A DNA stretch of 64,000 bases from a virus: positions 4,507 through 68,506 of the IMG/VR virus record IMGVR_UViG_3300045685_000034; one strand, written 5' to 3'. A program made the position numbers and the translations under genes. This document shows, one piece after another, positions 1-9,329 of this stretch; position 1 is the stretch's first letter, and every line of letters starts with the position of its first letter. The notes beneath the pieces were generated by a model. That model saw only the letters and a program-made list of their open reading frames with translations. It did no database searches and had not been told where the DNA came from.

Positions 1-513
1 CCTAAAGGCGTTCAGTTCACAGCTAAGTATGTCAGTCGCTTCAACCAAATGGAAAAACACATCAAAGAACAACTAGACACATCAAACTTAAGCCCTGAGC
101 TTCAATTTATGAATAGTGTCGTGCAGTCGTTGGCGAAACAAGAACAAGAAACGAAGCGTATCGAAAACAAAGTAGATAGCATTACTGAAATTGTTGCTCT
201 TAACTCGACCGATTGGCGGAAAGATTCACGCACACTTATCAGTAAGATGGCTAAGGCGCAAGGTGGCTATGAAGCTTACCGGGAAGTCCAAGCGGATATT
301 TACCAAGAGTTAGACCGCAGAGCAGGATCGTCACTGAAGACACGCGTTACGAACAAGCGACGTCGAATGGCTGATGAAGGGGCTTCAAAATCCAAACGCG
401 ACAAGTTGAGTAAGTTGGATGTAATAGCTGAAGACAAGCGTTTACTAGAGATTTACCTAGCGATTGTCAAAGAGTTCGCGGTTAAGTATGGCGTATGGGA
501 TAACGAATTTTAG
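1..513 (+). CDS. Rha-family/ORF6C-type phage antirepressor, 5'-truncated by window
   Basis: Frame open from base 1: PKGVQFTAKYVSRFNQME (Rha-like) followed by a C-terminal domain ending KRLLEIYLAIVKEFAVKYG. Confidence 0.75.
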   Translation, partial: PKGVQFTAKYVSRFNQMEKHIKEQLDTSNLSPELQFMNSVVQSLAKQEQETKRIENKVDSITEIVALNSTDWRKDSRTLISKMAKAQGGYEAYREVQADIYQELDRRAGSSLKTRVTNKRRRMADEGASKSKRDKLSKLDVIAEDKRLLEIYLAIVKEFAVKYGVWDNEF

Positions 514-524
514 GAGGGAATAGT

Positions 525-644
525 ATGAATGAAGAAAAACAAAAACAGCTAGAAAGCATTGCAGACAGACTTTTGGAGAAGGCAGCTGAAATGAACTCTC
601 TAGCAAATGAGATTTATAAATTAATCGGTCATATCGATGACTAA
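525..644 (+). CDS. small hypothetical protein (39 aa)
   Basis: RBS AGGAGG then ATG; MNEEKQKQLESIADRLL... Confidence 0.55.
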   Translation: MNEEKQKQLESIADRLLEKAAEMNSLANEIYKLIGHIDD

Positions 645-812
645 GCAACCTCTATTGATTCCTTGTTTAATAGAGTCGATTGTTTTTTTAGCAGAATCTT
701 TGTAGCGATAAGTTTCACTAGTTGCAACTATCTCATTGTTTGCGGATTTGAGAACAAAGTAGTATTGACCATCTGTCGCTTTTCGAATAACAAAATACAT
801 TTTATTCACCAC
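621..812 (-). CDS. YegP/DUF1508-family protein
   Basis: YFVIRKATDGQYYFVLKSANNEIVATSETY motif; own promoter and leader. Confidence 0.85.
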   Translation of the reverse strand: MVNKMYFVIRKATDGQYYFVLKSANNEIVATSETYRYKDSAKKTIDSIKQGINRGCLVIDMTD

Positions 813-858
813 CTTATCAGCTATTTCAGTCTGTCACACTGATAAGGAAATTATACCA
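812..858 (-). promoter_or_regulatory. TATAAT promoter plus 5' leader hairpin of the YegP-like gene
   Basis: CCTTATCAG...CTGATAAGG inverted repeat; ATTATA (minus-strand TATAAT) at 850-855; near-identical copy at 61433-61479. Confidence 0.7.
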
Positions 859-891
859 AAAATAACCCACACGGAAGGAGTAAACCGTATC

Positions 892-1026
892 TTGGAAGAG
901 ATCTTGATTGTTCTAATTGCTTTAATTATATTCACCCAGATATTTGGAAAATTACTTGGAGTTACTTATAAATTTTTAATTAAATCTATCATATTTAAAA
1001 ACAAAAGAAAAAATGACGAAGAATGA
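892..1026 (+). CDS. small putative membrane peptide (44 aa)
   Basis: RBS GGAAGGAG, TTG start, hydrophobic EILIVLIALIIFTQIFG. Confidence 0.35.
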   Translation: MEEILIVLIALIIFTQIFGKLLGVTYKFLIKSIIFKNKRKNDEE

Positions 1027-1497
1027 AATTACGTTAGTTACTAAAGAAAATGTACTCTCGTCCAACGCTGATGCCAATATCAATGTAGGGTATGATGCTG
1101 CAATAAGTTTTTGTAAAAAAATTGCTATTTTATCCATTTGATTTTTCGTTAGAAATTTTATTGCTTGTAAAACAAGAAGAATTATTACTGAGAACGCAAA
1201 AAATATTAACAACATAATACCTACAAAAAAAGCAGTATTAAATACTGATAACAAATCTATTTTTGAAAAGTTATTAAAAATAGAGTTCTCAACAATCAAT
1301 TCGGAAAACAAAGAAAGATATATTTTTGAGAATCCCCTTAAAGAAAAGCAAGTACCAATAAATATGCAGATTGATATAAAGATTTTAAAAATGTCTGAAA
1401 TTGTAATGATAATTTTTTCTCTCACTCTGACACCACCAGTTTTTAAACAATTATACAACAGAAAGGAAGTACCACATGAAAAATAAAAAAATCGCAC
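976..1497 (-). CDS. multi-pass membrane protein (true start probably GTG near 1425)
   Basis: AT-rich ORF with about four hydrophobic segments. Confidence 0.65.
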   Translation of the reverse strand: MRFFYFSCGTSFLLYNCLKTGGVRVREKIIITISDIFKIFISICIFIGTCFSLRGFSKIYLSLFSELIVENSIFNNFSKIDLLSVFNTAFFVGIMLLIFFAFSVIILLVLQAIKFLTKNQMDKIAIFLQKLIAASYPTLILASALDESTFSLVTNVISFFVIFSFVFKYDRFN

Positions 1498-1937
1498 TAG
1501 GAGTTACCGCTGCATTGTTTCTAGGATCAACTGTAGGATTCGCAGCAGGCGCTGGTTTCTTCGATAACGCAACAACTGTTGAACAGAACATCTACAAACT
1601 GGCTAACATTGCTACGCAGAACAAACAGAAGGCAGCAGACGTTCAAAGCAAACTTGATCAAACGACTGGGCAACAAAAGAACCTGCAAGATCAACTCGAC
1701 AGTTTGAAACAGCAATTGGTAAACAAACAAAACGAGGTCAATGCGAAGCAGTCTGAAATTGAAGCCAAACAACGTGAAGTCGAATCTAAGCAACAGGAAG
1801 TCACGCAGAAACAGCAAGAGGCGGATAAGCTGCGTAATGAACTATCTAACGCTCAAAATGATTCAGCACAAAAAGACGCACGCATGGCGGAGTTGGCAAA
1901 TTTGAGCCAACAAAAAGTAAACGAGTTGGGCCAGTAG
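1476..1937 (+). CDS. exported or membrane-anchored Q/K-rich coiled-coil protein
   Basis: N-terminal signal-like segment MKNKKIALGVTAALFLG followed by heptad-rich helix. Confidence 0.75.
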   Translation: MKNKKIALGVTAALFLGSTVGFAAGAGFFDNATTVEQNIYKLANIATQNKQKAADVQSKLDQTTGQQKNLQDQLDSLKQQLVNKQNEVNAKQSEIEAKQREVESKQQEVTQKQQEADKLRNELSNAQNDSAQKDARMAELANLSQQKVNELGQ

Positions 1938-1947
1938 GAGGATAAAA

Positions 1948-2496
1948 ATGGATCAAAAAGAACTGAACAGCATATTAGCTAAGCACAAGAAATGGTTGTT
2001 TGACGAAGAAGGCGGCGAGCGTGCCGACTTATGGGATGCCGACTTATGGGGTGCCGACTTACGGGATGCCGACTTACGGGGTGCCGACTTATGGGGTGCC
2101 AACTTACGGGATGCCGACTTACGGGGTGCCGACTTACGGGATGCCGATCACGACTCGTCAACGGCTTTTCTACCCATTCAATGTCCGGAAGAGGGATCAT
2201 TCGTTGCCTACAAGAAAGCAAAAGGTTTGGTTGTAAAGCTATTAATCCCAGATGATGCCAAACGGTCAAGCGCCACATCCAGGAAATGTCGTTGTGACAA
2301 AGCGGAAGTTATCGAAATTATGAAACCTGATAAAACGTCTTCGAATCTAACTTCTGTACCTAGCAACTATGATCCGGATTTTGTATACGAGGTAGGGAAA
2401 ACAGTAATAGTTTCTGATTTTGAAGAAGATCGCTTTGTTGAATGTGCGGCAGGGATTCACTTTTTCATCACGTTCGATGAGGCGAAGAAATATTAG
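1948..2496 (+). CDS. pentapeptide-repeat protein with phage C-terminal (DUF5758-like) domain
   Basis: A(D/N)L(W/R)(D/G) repeats; C-terminus SATSRKCRC...[10 protein letters not shown]. Confidence 0.88.
   Translation: MDQKELNSILAKHKKWLFDEEGGERADLWDADLWGADLRDADLRGADLWGANLRDADLRGADLRDADHDSSTAFLPIQCPEEGSFVAYKKAKGLVVKLLIPDDAKRSSATSRKCRCDKAEVIEIMKPDKTSSNLTSVPSNYDPDFVYEVGKTVIVSDFEEDRFVECAAGIHFFITFDEAKKY
2023..2142 (+). repeat. 8 x 15-bp tandem repeat GCC(G/A)ACTTA(C/T)GGG(A/G)T
   Basis: Read directly; encodes the pentapeptide repeats. Confidence 0.95.
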
Positions 2497-2510
2497 TAGG
2501 AGGTTTAAAG

Positions 2511-2702
2511 ATGAAAAAACTCTATTGGCTCCGTAGAACAGGAGCAATGCTATTGGCGTTCGGGATAGGTGCAGCACTAACAGGAAGTATTCCAGAATGG
2601 TTAAAGGCAGTTTATGTAACTGCAGTGTTCGGATTGGTACTTATCTATGACGTAACTGAATACGAAATAAAAAAGCCAACCGAGGGGGCTGACTATGAGT
2701 AG
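2511..2702 (+). CDS. small phage membrane protein (paralog of 49172-49363)
   Basis: MKKLYWLRR vs MKKIYWLRR; two hydrophobic stretches. Confidence 0.8.
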   Translation: MKKLYWLRRTGAMLLAFGIGAALTGSIPEWLKAVYVTAVFGLVLIYDVTEYEIKKPTEGADYE

Positions 2703-2841
2703 AAAAGAAGCTTTGCAAATTGGGAAAACGATCGCTGATCGGTGGTATCAACGAAACGAATCAACAATCTTAGCAAAACAGAATATCGAGCGCAGGAAAG
2801 CGTGGGAACAAAAAAAGCTCACTACGCCGGCAAGCAATTAG
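2695..2841 (+). CDS. hypothetical protein (48 aa)
   Basis: ATG overlapping upstream stop; MSRKEALQIGKTIADRWY. Confidence 0.55.
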   Translation: MSRKEALQIGKTIADRWYQRNESTILAKQNIERRKAWEQKKLTTPASN

Positions 2842-2880
2842 TGAGCAAACAAAGAAATATTGATTTGAGGTGATTATAAC

Positions 2881-3219
2881 ATGTTTGATTACGATACATC
2901 AATGGCAGATCCCGACAATCACTCATTTATTAATGTCAGTGAGTCTACAAAGGAAACTGTTAAAGAGTCTAGAAAAAATGATCTAGGGCAAAGCCTTGAA
3001 TATTTCCAAGATGATAACGGTGCAACAGTCGCATACAGCGATACAGTGTATCGCTTGTCTATTCAAACAGAATTAGGTCGTATGCATTTTTTAGTTCTTT
3101 TCGAGAGTGCACAAGAGTTGCTGGACGAATTCCAGATAGAATTACTTGAGGCTTCTTTAAATAAATATAGTGACGGGAAAGCTTTTATAAAAGAAATGGA
3201 GGAGATATTCGGTGAGTGA
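2881..3219 (+). CDS. hypothetical phage protein
   Basis: ORF with RBS GAGGTG. Confidence 0.7.
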   Translation: MFDYDTSMADPDNHSFINVSESTKETVKESRKNDLGQSLEYFQDDNGATVAYSDTVYRLSIQTELGRMHFLVLFESAQELLDEFQIELLEASLNKYSDGKAFIKEMEEIFGE

Positions 3220-3922
3220 GAAAAAGACTTTTGAAGAAATATCTCAAATGAATTTCGAGAATGATATAAAAACAAAAGAAGGCGGAACTGACAAAAAGAC
3301 TGGCGAAAAAATCTACCTAAAATATCTAAGCTGGGCAGCAGCGCATAAAATCATGAAGCTCATAGATCCTGATGCTGAGATTATTGAACACGAATTTGAG
3401 CACTACCATGTGATGAGTGGTCAGCAACAAGACTTTCTAATCACTGAATTGAAGCCTTATCGACAAGCGGGAGACGGATATATGGTGAAGGTATCGGTGG
3501 TTCTTTTCGGTAAGATTGAGACTGAAAATTACGCGATTATTAATTTTAGAGGCCAGCCAATCTTGAAACCTACTTCGACAGATATCAATAAAGCATTGAA
3601 GAGGGCTTACGTCAAAGCACTAGCCAAACATGGCATTGCAATTTACCTATATGAAGGAGAAGACCTTCCAGATCAACCAAAAATCGATGTTAAAGAACTT
3701 GAAAAGATAGAAAAATTACTAGCTGGATTAGATGAAACTACAGGTAAAGATAACAAAAAAACATTAATAAACACTGTAAATAAGTATACGGTTCAAGATT
3801 CTCGTCTAGGTAAGAAAGTCAAAGAACTAGGTGAAATGACATATGACCAAAGCGGGCTCTTTAAAATTGCTGTAAACAAAATTCAGTTAGATTTTGAGAA
3901 GCAGTCTAAGGACAAGAAGTGA
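3212..3922 (+). CDS. Sak3/DUF1071-like single-strand annealing protein
   Basis: LKYLSWAAAH, INKALKRAYVKALAKHGIAIYLYEGEDLP motifs; recombination-module position. Confidence 0.8.
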   Translation: MSEKKTFEEISQMNFENDIKTKEGGTDKKTGEKIYLKYLSWAAAHKIMKLIDPDAEIIEHEFEHYHVMSGQQQDFLITELKPYRQAGDGYMVKVSVVLFGKIETENYAIINFRGQPILKPTSTDINKALKRAYVKALAKHGIAIYLYEGEDLPDQPKIDVKELEKIEKLLAGLDETTGKDNKKTLINTVNKYTVQDSRLGKKVKELGEMTYDQSGLFKIAVNKIQLDFEKQSKDKK

Positions 3923-3926
3923 CTCT

Positions 3927-4670
3927 ATGTTAAATATCCGAATCGTAGGCAAGCAGTCTAACGGAGATTTTGTTGTCCGACCGATTGATGACAGTAAAGA
4001 GGAGTTAGAATCTCTCGTCAAACAGCGTAAAACGTTGCTGACGGCACAGGCGTTCAATCCAAATAAAGTAACTCGCCCACAACAGAAAATCGCTCACGCG
4101 TTGATTAGAGACGTTGACAGCTATACAGATAATGAATGGTTTATACAAAATACTGAAGATGATTTAAAAATTAAGTTTTGTATTGATCGTGGTTTTTCGT
4201 ATGAGAAGTTATTCTCACTGTCAAACTGCAGTAAAGATTTAGCAACACAGTTTATCTCATGGTTGGTTGAATACTGCTTTCATTATGATATTCCATTCGA
4301 CGGCAAAGATTTGTATTTGGTCCATGACACAAATAGAAAAATGTTCTTGTCAGCACTCCACAATCGCTGCTTTGTAACTCAAGCTCGCCGTCAGGATGCC
4401 GTTCTACACATCCACCATGTAAATGCTGTAGGGATGGGCAAACGTTCAAAAGTGGATCATCGTGGACGCTACTACATGATATTAAGGGCTGAGCTTCACA
4501 ATGAAATACATCAGCTTGGGTACGACGAGTTTTGCAAAAAATGGCATGTAGGAGCGATCAAACTCTCTGATCAACAAGTATTAGACTTCGGTCTTATGAG
4601 TGAAAAGCACATGAAAGAACTGGATGATAATCCAGATTATGAAATAAAAGATTGGCAGTTGCCGGATTAG
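3927..4670 (+). CDS. putative HNHc nuclease (DUF968-like)
   Basis: QQKIAHALIRD, RCFVT..HIHH..AVGMG; homolog at 51333. Confidence 0.8.
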   Translation: MLNIRIVGKQSNGDFVVRPIDDSKEELESLVKQRKTLLTAQAFNPNKVTRPQQKIAHALIRDVDSYTDNEWFIQNTEDDLKIKFCIDRGFSYEKLFSLSNCSKDLATQFISWLVEYCFHYDIPFDGKDLYLVHDTNRKMFLSALHNRCFVTQARRQDAVLHIHHVNAVGMGKRSKVDHRGRYYMILRAELHNEIHQLGYDEFCKKWHVGAIKLSDQQVLDFGLMSEKHMKELDDNPDYEIKDWQLPD

Positions 4671-4680
4671 GAGGGAGCAA

Positions 4681-5508
4681 GTGTCTGATAAACAAAAACG
4701 TCGCTATTACTGGTTAAAGTTGAAAGAGAACTTTTTCGAAGAAGACACAATTGAATGGCTTGAGGAACAGCCTAATGGAAAAGAATATTGTCTATTTTAT
4801 TTGAAACTTTGCCTTAAGTCGTTAAAAACAGAAGGGTTATTAGTTAGAAACGTAGGCAATCTAATGATTCCGTACGATCCTGAGTCGCTGGCTAAGTTGA
4901 CGAATTCAAAAGCAGATACCGTTAAAGTTGCAATGGATTTGTTTAACAAAATTGGACTCATAGAAATTATGGATAGCGGTGAAATATACCTGAACCAATT
5001 AGGCGAAATGGTTGGTACAGAGACAGAATCTGCTAGGCAAAAACGGCTACAACGATCAAAAGAGGACAATGTCCGGACATTGTCTGGAAAAGGTCGCCTA
5101 GAGTTAGAGAAAGAGATAGAGAAAGAATTAGAGATAGAGAGAAAAAAAGATATTACGCCTTCGAAAACGAAGGCTAAACCTACGCGTCATAAATATGGGG
5201 AATATAAAAATGTTTTATTAAGTGATGAACAACTTGAGAAGCTGAAAAAAGAATTCCCCGCTGATTGGGAAGCGCGTATAGAAAGAGTGTCTTCTTACTG
5301 TGAATCCACAGGCAAATCATATAAGAACTATTTTGCAACAATTAAGAATTGGGCGAAAAAAGATCATGCGGGTAATAGATATGGAAACAAAAGAGTTGAG
5401 AAATTGCCTAGTCATATAACTGAAACACCAAAGAAAGTTGAACCAGAAATAGATTGGGTGGCTGAGGCAGAAAGATCTCTCGCTGAAAGAGGTGAGGATA
5501 GTGAATGA
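4681..5508 (+). CDS. phage replisome organizer / replication initiator
   Basis: KRRYYWLKLKENFF N-terminus; YKNYFATIKNW C-terminus. Confidence 0.9.
   Translation: MSDKQKRRYYWLKLKENFFEEDTIEWLEEQPNGKEYCLFYLKLCLKSLKTEGLLVRNVGNLMIPYDPESLAKLTNSKADTVKVAMDLFNKIGLIEIMDSGEIYLNQLGEMVGTETESARQKRLQRSKEDNVRTLSGKGRLELEKEIEKELEIERKKDITPSKTKAKPTRHKYGEYKNVLLSDEQLEKLKKEFPADWEARIERVSSYCESTGKSYKNYFATIKNWAKKDHAGNRYGNKRVEKLPSHITETPKKVEPEIDWVAEAERSLAERGEDSE
5065..5150. repeat. putative phage origin: 20-bp palindrome plus AGAG(A/T) repeats
   Basis: GACAATGTCCGGACATTGTC (5065-5084) and TAGAGAAAGAG-type repeats inside the initiator gene. Confidence 0.6.
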
Positions 5509-5794
5509 CTTTGAACTGTTGAAGGCTGTTCATAACAAATTGCCACAAGCTTATAAAGAAGTGCAGGTCCCATATCTAAAACGATATAGCCAGTTTCTCG
5601 CTCAAGGTGGAGGCTTTACAGATGAACGTGCGAAGCAACTATTCAGACAGTATTGGGTTGGTTATTTCATCTTTCACTATCAGCAAAAACAGAAAGAATA
5701 TGACTTTTGGGAATTAAACGCCCGGCCATATGAGGTGCAACTTGAATTTGCTAAGAAAATGTATGCGCAACTTGTGGAATCCAACGGAAGATGA
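5501..5794 (+). CDS. hypothetical phage protein
   Basis: ORF coupled to initiator; start uncertain. Confidence 0.7.
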   Translation: MNDFELLKAVHNKLPQAYKEVQVPYLKRYSQFLAQGGGFTDERAKQLFRQYWVGYFIFHYQQKQKEYDFWELNARPYEVQLEFAKKMYAQLVESNGR

Positions 5795-5804
5795 AGGAGA
5801 AAGA

Positions 5805-6212
5805 ATGAGCCTTTACACACTACATTTAGAACCCAAACCTCAGTCAAGACCTCGATTTGGGAGAAACAGAGCTTATGAAGACGGGAAAATGACGCAATGG
5901 AAAAGAAATTGCGAGAGTCAATTACGATTGCTGAATCCTAAAATAATCCCAAATGGGCCTGTATACGTTTCTATGACCTTTTACATCTATCCGCCTAAAC
6001 GGATAGCAGAGGTAAAAAAGAAACACTTAGAACTCGAATCAGAGACGATCTATGTAGACAAGCGACCAGACATTGATAATTACATCAAAGCTATTTTGGA
6101 CTGTAGTAACGAAATCCTTTTTAAGGATGATGGGCAAGTCGCGGCATTGTCATCACAAAAGCTGTATTCACTTGATCCACGAATAGAGATTGAAATTTAT
6201 GAATTGGAGTGA
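5805..6212 (+). CDS. rusA: RusA-family Holliday junction resolvase
   Basis: PQSRPRF, KRPDIDNYIKAILD, KDDGQV. Confidence 0.9.
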   Translation: MSLYTLHLEPKPQSRPRFGRNRAYEDGKMTQWKRNCESQLRLLNPKIIPNGPVYVSMTFYIYPPKRIAEVKKKHLELESETIYVDKRPDIDNYIKAILDCSNEILFKDDGQVAALSSQKLYSLDPRIEIEIYELE

Positions 6213-6494
6213 TTGTACATGAAATTACCTAGAAATGAACAAGAGACGATTTTCACTTATTCAATCAATGAAAATTGGCACCTATATACAGATGTGCCTA
6301 AACATATCAGAAAGTATTTACCTCTCGTAAAATCCCCTAAATTAAAGGAAGAAAACGGGGAAATAATCGCTTTAGAGGGTTTCATTGATGGAAATGTTTC
6401 CGCGCGAGCAAAAAGAGTGATGTCAGATGAACAAAGACAAGCTGCCGGTGAAAGATTAAAAGCAGCAAGAAACAATTCAGAGGAGGATGCATAA
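6213..6494 (+). CDS. hypothetical phage protein
   Basis: RNEQETIFTY...SDEQRQAAGERL. Confidence 0.75.
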   Translation: MYMKLPRNEQETIFTYSINENWHLYTDVPKHIRKYLPLVKSPKLKEENGEIIALEGFIDGNVSARAKRVMSDEQRQAAGERLKAARNNSEEDA

Positions 6495-6950
6495 ATGATC
6501 AACAATGTAGTTTTGGTCGGGCGATTGACAAAAGATCCTGACCTGCGATATACAGCGAGCGGTACAGGGGTTGCTACATTCACTCTAGCGGTGAACAGAA
6601 ACTTTACGAATCAAGACGGAAACCGAGAAGCAGACTTCATCAATTGTGTGATTTGGCGTAAATCTGCCGAAACTCTTGCGAACTATGCACACAAAGGAAC
6701 GTTGCTTGGAGTCAATGGACGTATTCAAACACGCAGCTATGACAATCAACAGGGACAACGCATCTATGTGACTGAGGTTGTTGCTGAGAATTTTCAATTA
6801 TTGGAATCAAGAGGCACGAATCAACAACATAAAAATAACGAATCAAATAACTCAACTGGTAGTCAGCCGGCTAATAGAAATAACAATCAATCTGACGATC
6901 CTTTCAGTGGTTTATCAATTGACATCAATGACGATGATCTACCGTTCTGA
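6495..6950 (+). CDS. ssb: single-stranded DNA-binding protein
   Basis: [15 protein letters not shown]...DDLPF. Confidence 0.97.
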   Translation: MINNVVLVGRLTKDPDLRYTASGTGVATFTLAVNRNFTNQDGNREADFINCVIWRKSAETLANYAHKGTLLGVNGRIQTRSYDNQQGQRIYVTEVVAENFQLLESRGTNQQHKNNESNNSTGSQPANRNNNQSDDPFSGLSIDINDDDLPF

Positions 6951-6952
6951 TT

Positions 6953-7525
6953 ATGGATCAAAGGAAAAGATTAGCTGAGCTATTAAGCCGGACAGATTAT
7001 TGGACGAACGAAAGAGTCTTTAACGAAGCTGAAAAAATCTATAAAAATATGGTGGCGAAGAAAATGCAAAATAAGAAAAGAGATCGGACAGGCGAAAAGT
7101 ATGGGGAATTCACTATTATTCGACCAGGAGAAATCGACAAAGAATGGGTAGCTAGATGTGCCTGCGGTAAGGAGCGATTAGTGAAGAATCAGAATATGTC
7201 GAAACTCACGCATTGCAAAAGCTGCGCGGCAAAACTTCGAATGCAAAAGCGTACAAAGAAACCTAAAAAGCCGAAGAAAGACAAGTTTACAGAAAGACAG
7301 AACTGGATGGCACCAAAGCGGCCTAAATTCAAATTGGATGTTCTATATGAGTTGAACTACTCTCAATGCAATTTCCCATGTGTAGGAAAATTGATTAATG
7401 AATATGGTAAATCGGCAAGTTTTGAAGTCGTGGAATATCATGACTCGGACAAAGCGGTTTTGCGAATGCTAGGCTATCGTATATCTGTCAAAAAGAAAGC
7501 AGCGTTGGAATTATGCAGGGTATAA
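6953..7525 (+). CDS. hypothetical Cys-motif protein (paralog of 55868-56296)
   Basis: KKRDRTGE.Y, CACG, CKSC shared with the paralog. Confidence 0.75.
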   Translation: MDQRKRLAELLSRTDYWTNERVFNEAEKIYKNMVAKKMQNKKRDRTGEKYGEFTIIRPGEIDKEWVARCACGKERLVKNQNMSKLTHCKSCAAKLRMQKRTKKPKKPKKDKFTERQNWMAPKRPKFKLDVLYELNYSQCNFPCVGKLINEYGKSASFEVVEYHDSDKAVLRMLGYRISVKKKAALELCRV

Positions 7526-7716
7526 AAGAAATATTCTGGTCCAACGTCAACTGGCATCGTGTGAACAAAGACTTAAGTTGGACGGAATTAGTCGGAGGGC
7601 AAACAACAGGAGCAGTGAATAAAACCGGGAATATCACTTTGGAGACGGTACAACAAATCGCGAAAAAGTTAGATATTACTGACTATGCAATTCTTTTTGA
7701 AAGTTGGGAAGAGTAA
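7513..7716 (+). CDS. small HTH-like protein
   Basis: GNITLETVQQIAKKLDI. Confidence 0.6.
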   Translation: MQGIKEIFWSNVNWHRVNKDLSWTELVGGQTTGAVNKTGNITLETVQQIAKKLDITDYAILFESWEE

Positions 7717-7738
7717 TTCTTCTAATGCTTAAGAAAGG

Positions 7739-8749
7739 GTGATAAACGTGGAAATGAAAGAGAGTTTTATAAATTCTGTCATTCGTAACATGGAGCCTGA
7801 ACTTGAAGTTAATCAACTTAAGAAATTGAAAATTGTACTAACGATCAATTTAAATCATGTACGTGTAGAAAAAGAGAACACTGATCTAGTCATATACGAT
7901 GAATCGGGTGACATTGCTGCATACAAACAGTATTTTGTGTCAATGAAACTGCGCAATTTATCTAACGGCACGATAGAACTCGCTATGAGGACGATCGACG
8001 CCTTCCAAAGATCAGTGAAGAAACAATACAAGGACGTAACAACTCAAGATATTCGATTGTACATCGCGTACCGCGACATGAAGGATCATTTATCAAGCGC
8101 CACTTTGAATCGTGAACGCGGGTGCATCTGCAGGTTCTATACTTGGCTGTTCGAGGAAGAATATATCCCTAAGAACCCAGCAAAACGTGTTGAACCTATT
8201 AAGGTGGAGAAACGACTGAAAAAAGCCTTCACACCGATTGAAGTGGAACTAATGCGGAACGCCTGCAGGAAGCCAAAAGAAAAAGCAGTGTTTGAACTAT
8301 TGCTAAGCACGGGTTGTCGAGTCACTGAGTTAACTATGCTAGCAATGGAAAATTACGACCAACAAAGAGGGACCATTACAGTGATTGGAAAAGGCAATAA
8401 GGAGCGCACGGTCTTCGTCAACGCTCGCGCTAAAGTGGCAATTGATAATTACTTAATGATTAAACCGCATTTTGAAGGTTCGATCATTTGCGGCCTTCAT
8501 GGAGTTGGAACACAGATGACTTCGAATGGCATTCAAAAAATGGTCAAAGAGATTGCAAAGCGTGCTCATGTAGCTCACGCGCATCCGCATAAGTTTCGAA
8601 GAACTGCAGCAACATTCGCTCTGAAGAGAGGAATGAGCCTAAACGATGTAAGGCGCTTTCTTGGACACACGGATGTTGATACGACGCTGCAATATATTGA
8701 TACTAGCGGATCGGATCTGAAGTTAGAACATGAGAAGTTTGTCGCATAA
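7739..8749 (+). CDS. XerD-like tyrosine recombinase (no arm-binding domain); candidate cassette recombinase
   Basis: Catalytic set present: TGCRVTEL (R), GKGNKER (K), HPHKFRR (HxxR), LGH, TTLQY; N-terminal core-binding domain. Confidence 0.92.
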   Translation: MINVEMKESFINSVIRNMEPELEVNQLKKLKIVLTINLNHVRVEKENTDLVIYDESGDIAAYKQYFVSMKLRNLSNGTIELAMRTIDAFQRSVKKQYKDVTTQDIRLYIAYRDMKDHLSSATLNRERGCICRFYTWLFEEEYIPKNPAKRVEPIKVEKRLKKAFTPIEVELMRNACRKPKEKAVFELLLSTGCRVTELTMLAMENYDQQRGTITVIGKGNKERTVFVNARAKVAIDNYLMIKPHFEGSIICGLHGVGTQMTSNGIQKMVKEIAKRAHVAHAHPHKFRRTAATFALKRGMSLNDVRRFLGHTDVDTTLQYIDTSGSDLKLEHEKFVA

Positions 8750-8752
8750 AGC

Positions 8753-8776
8753 TCAACAGTTTGGGGCATTAGCGTA
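8753..8776 (+). other. 9-6-9 cassette-boundary site A (spacer TGGGGC)
   Basis: TCAACAGTT-TGGGGC-ATTAGCGTA, 3 bp after recombinase stop; same spacer as site T; arms look inverted relative to other copies. Confidence 0.6.
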
Positions 8777-8795
8777 GGTTTGGAAAGGAACACAT

Positions 8796-9026
8796 ATGTC
8801 ATATAAAGAAAAATGGATCAATGTTGGTTTTGATGAAGGCTATCTTTCCGCCTTGAAGGATGTTCTGAATTACACCATAGAGTTTGAAAACAATTCTGCC
8901 GATTCATTAATAACCAATATGAGACTCAGGAAGAGAGACTTTTTGAAATATTGGGAAGAAAATGAACTAGATTTTATTAAAGAAGACGAACTGAATAAAA
9001 AAGCATTAGAAATTTGGTTAATGTAA
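8796..9026 (+). CDS. hypothetical protein
   Basis: RBS GAAAGG; first array gene. Confidence 0.7.
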   Translation: MSYKEKWINVGFDEGYLSALKDVLNYTIEFENNSADSLITNMRLRKRDFLKYWEENELDFIKEDELNKKALEIWLM

Positions 9027-9304
9027 CTTACACTATCGGAGGATACAGAGGAGGTTTAATTTTGGAAAGACAGTTGCTTGAATGCAAGTATTGTAACCAA
9101 AAGGCGTTAATGCATGTTGACGATGAAGGTTCTTTTGGAGGAATGGGAGTGTCTTGGGATCACTACATTTGCAAAGTGTGCCTTAGCGAAAAAGATGTTT
9201 CAGTCAAATGGGATAACGAAATCATAAAATGGACAAAACGCGATCAATTTATGGTTCGCACTGACGATGATGTACGAGAATTTTATCATTCATCAGTCAG
9301 CTAA
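9014..9304 (+). CDS. hypothetical protein with two CxxC motifs
   Basis: CKYC, CKVC; stop lies in left arm of site C; start uncertain. Confidence 0.65.
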   Translation: MVNVTYTIGGYRGGLILERQLLECKYCNQKALMHVDDEGSFGGMGVSWDHYICKVCLSEKDVSVKWDNEIIKWTKRDQFMVRTDDDVREFYHSSVS

Positions 9305-9320
9305 CGACGTGAATAGAGGA
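9297..9320 (+). other. 9-6-9 site C (spacer GACGTG)
   Basis: TCAGCTAAC-GACGTG-AATAGAGGA. Confidence 0.7.
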
Positions 9321-9329
9321 GGAAAAACA

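Noticed and set aside
2023-2142. Possible CRISPR array
   Set aside because: Contiguous 15-bp units with no spacers, inside a CDS; no cas genes in the window
1979-2278. Repetitive ORFs in other frames (GVPTY, GCRLT, SRHPV)
   Set aside because: Shadow frames of the 15-bp pentapeptide repeat; the ADLxx frame has an RBS and a conserved C-terminal domain
7718-7741. Possible 9-6-9 site upstream of the recombinase (TCTTCTAAT-GCTTAA-GAAAGGGTG), 1 bp after a stop
   Set aside because: Left arm fits but right arm does not; kept only as a weak candidate
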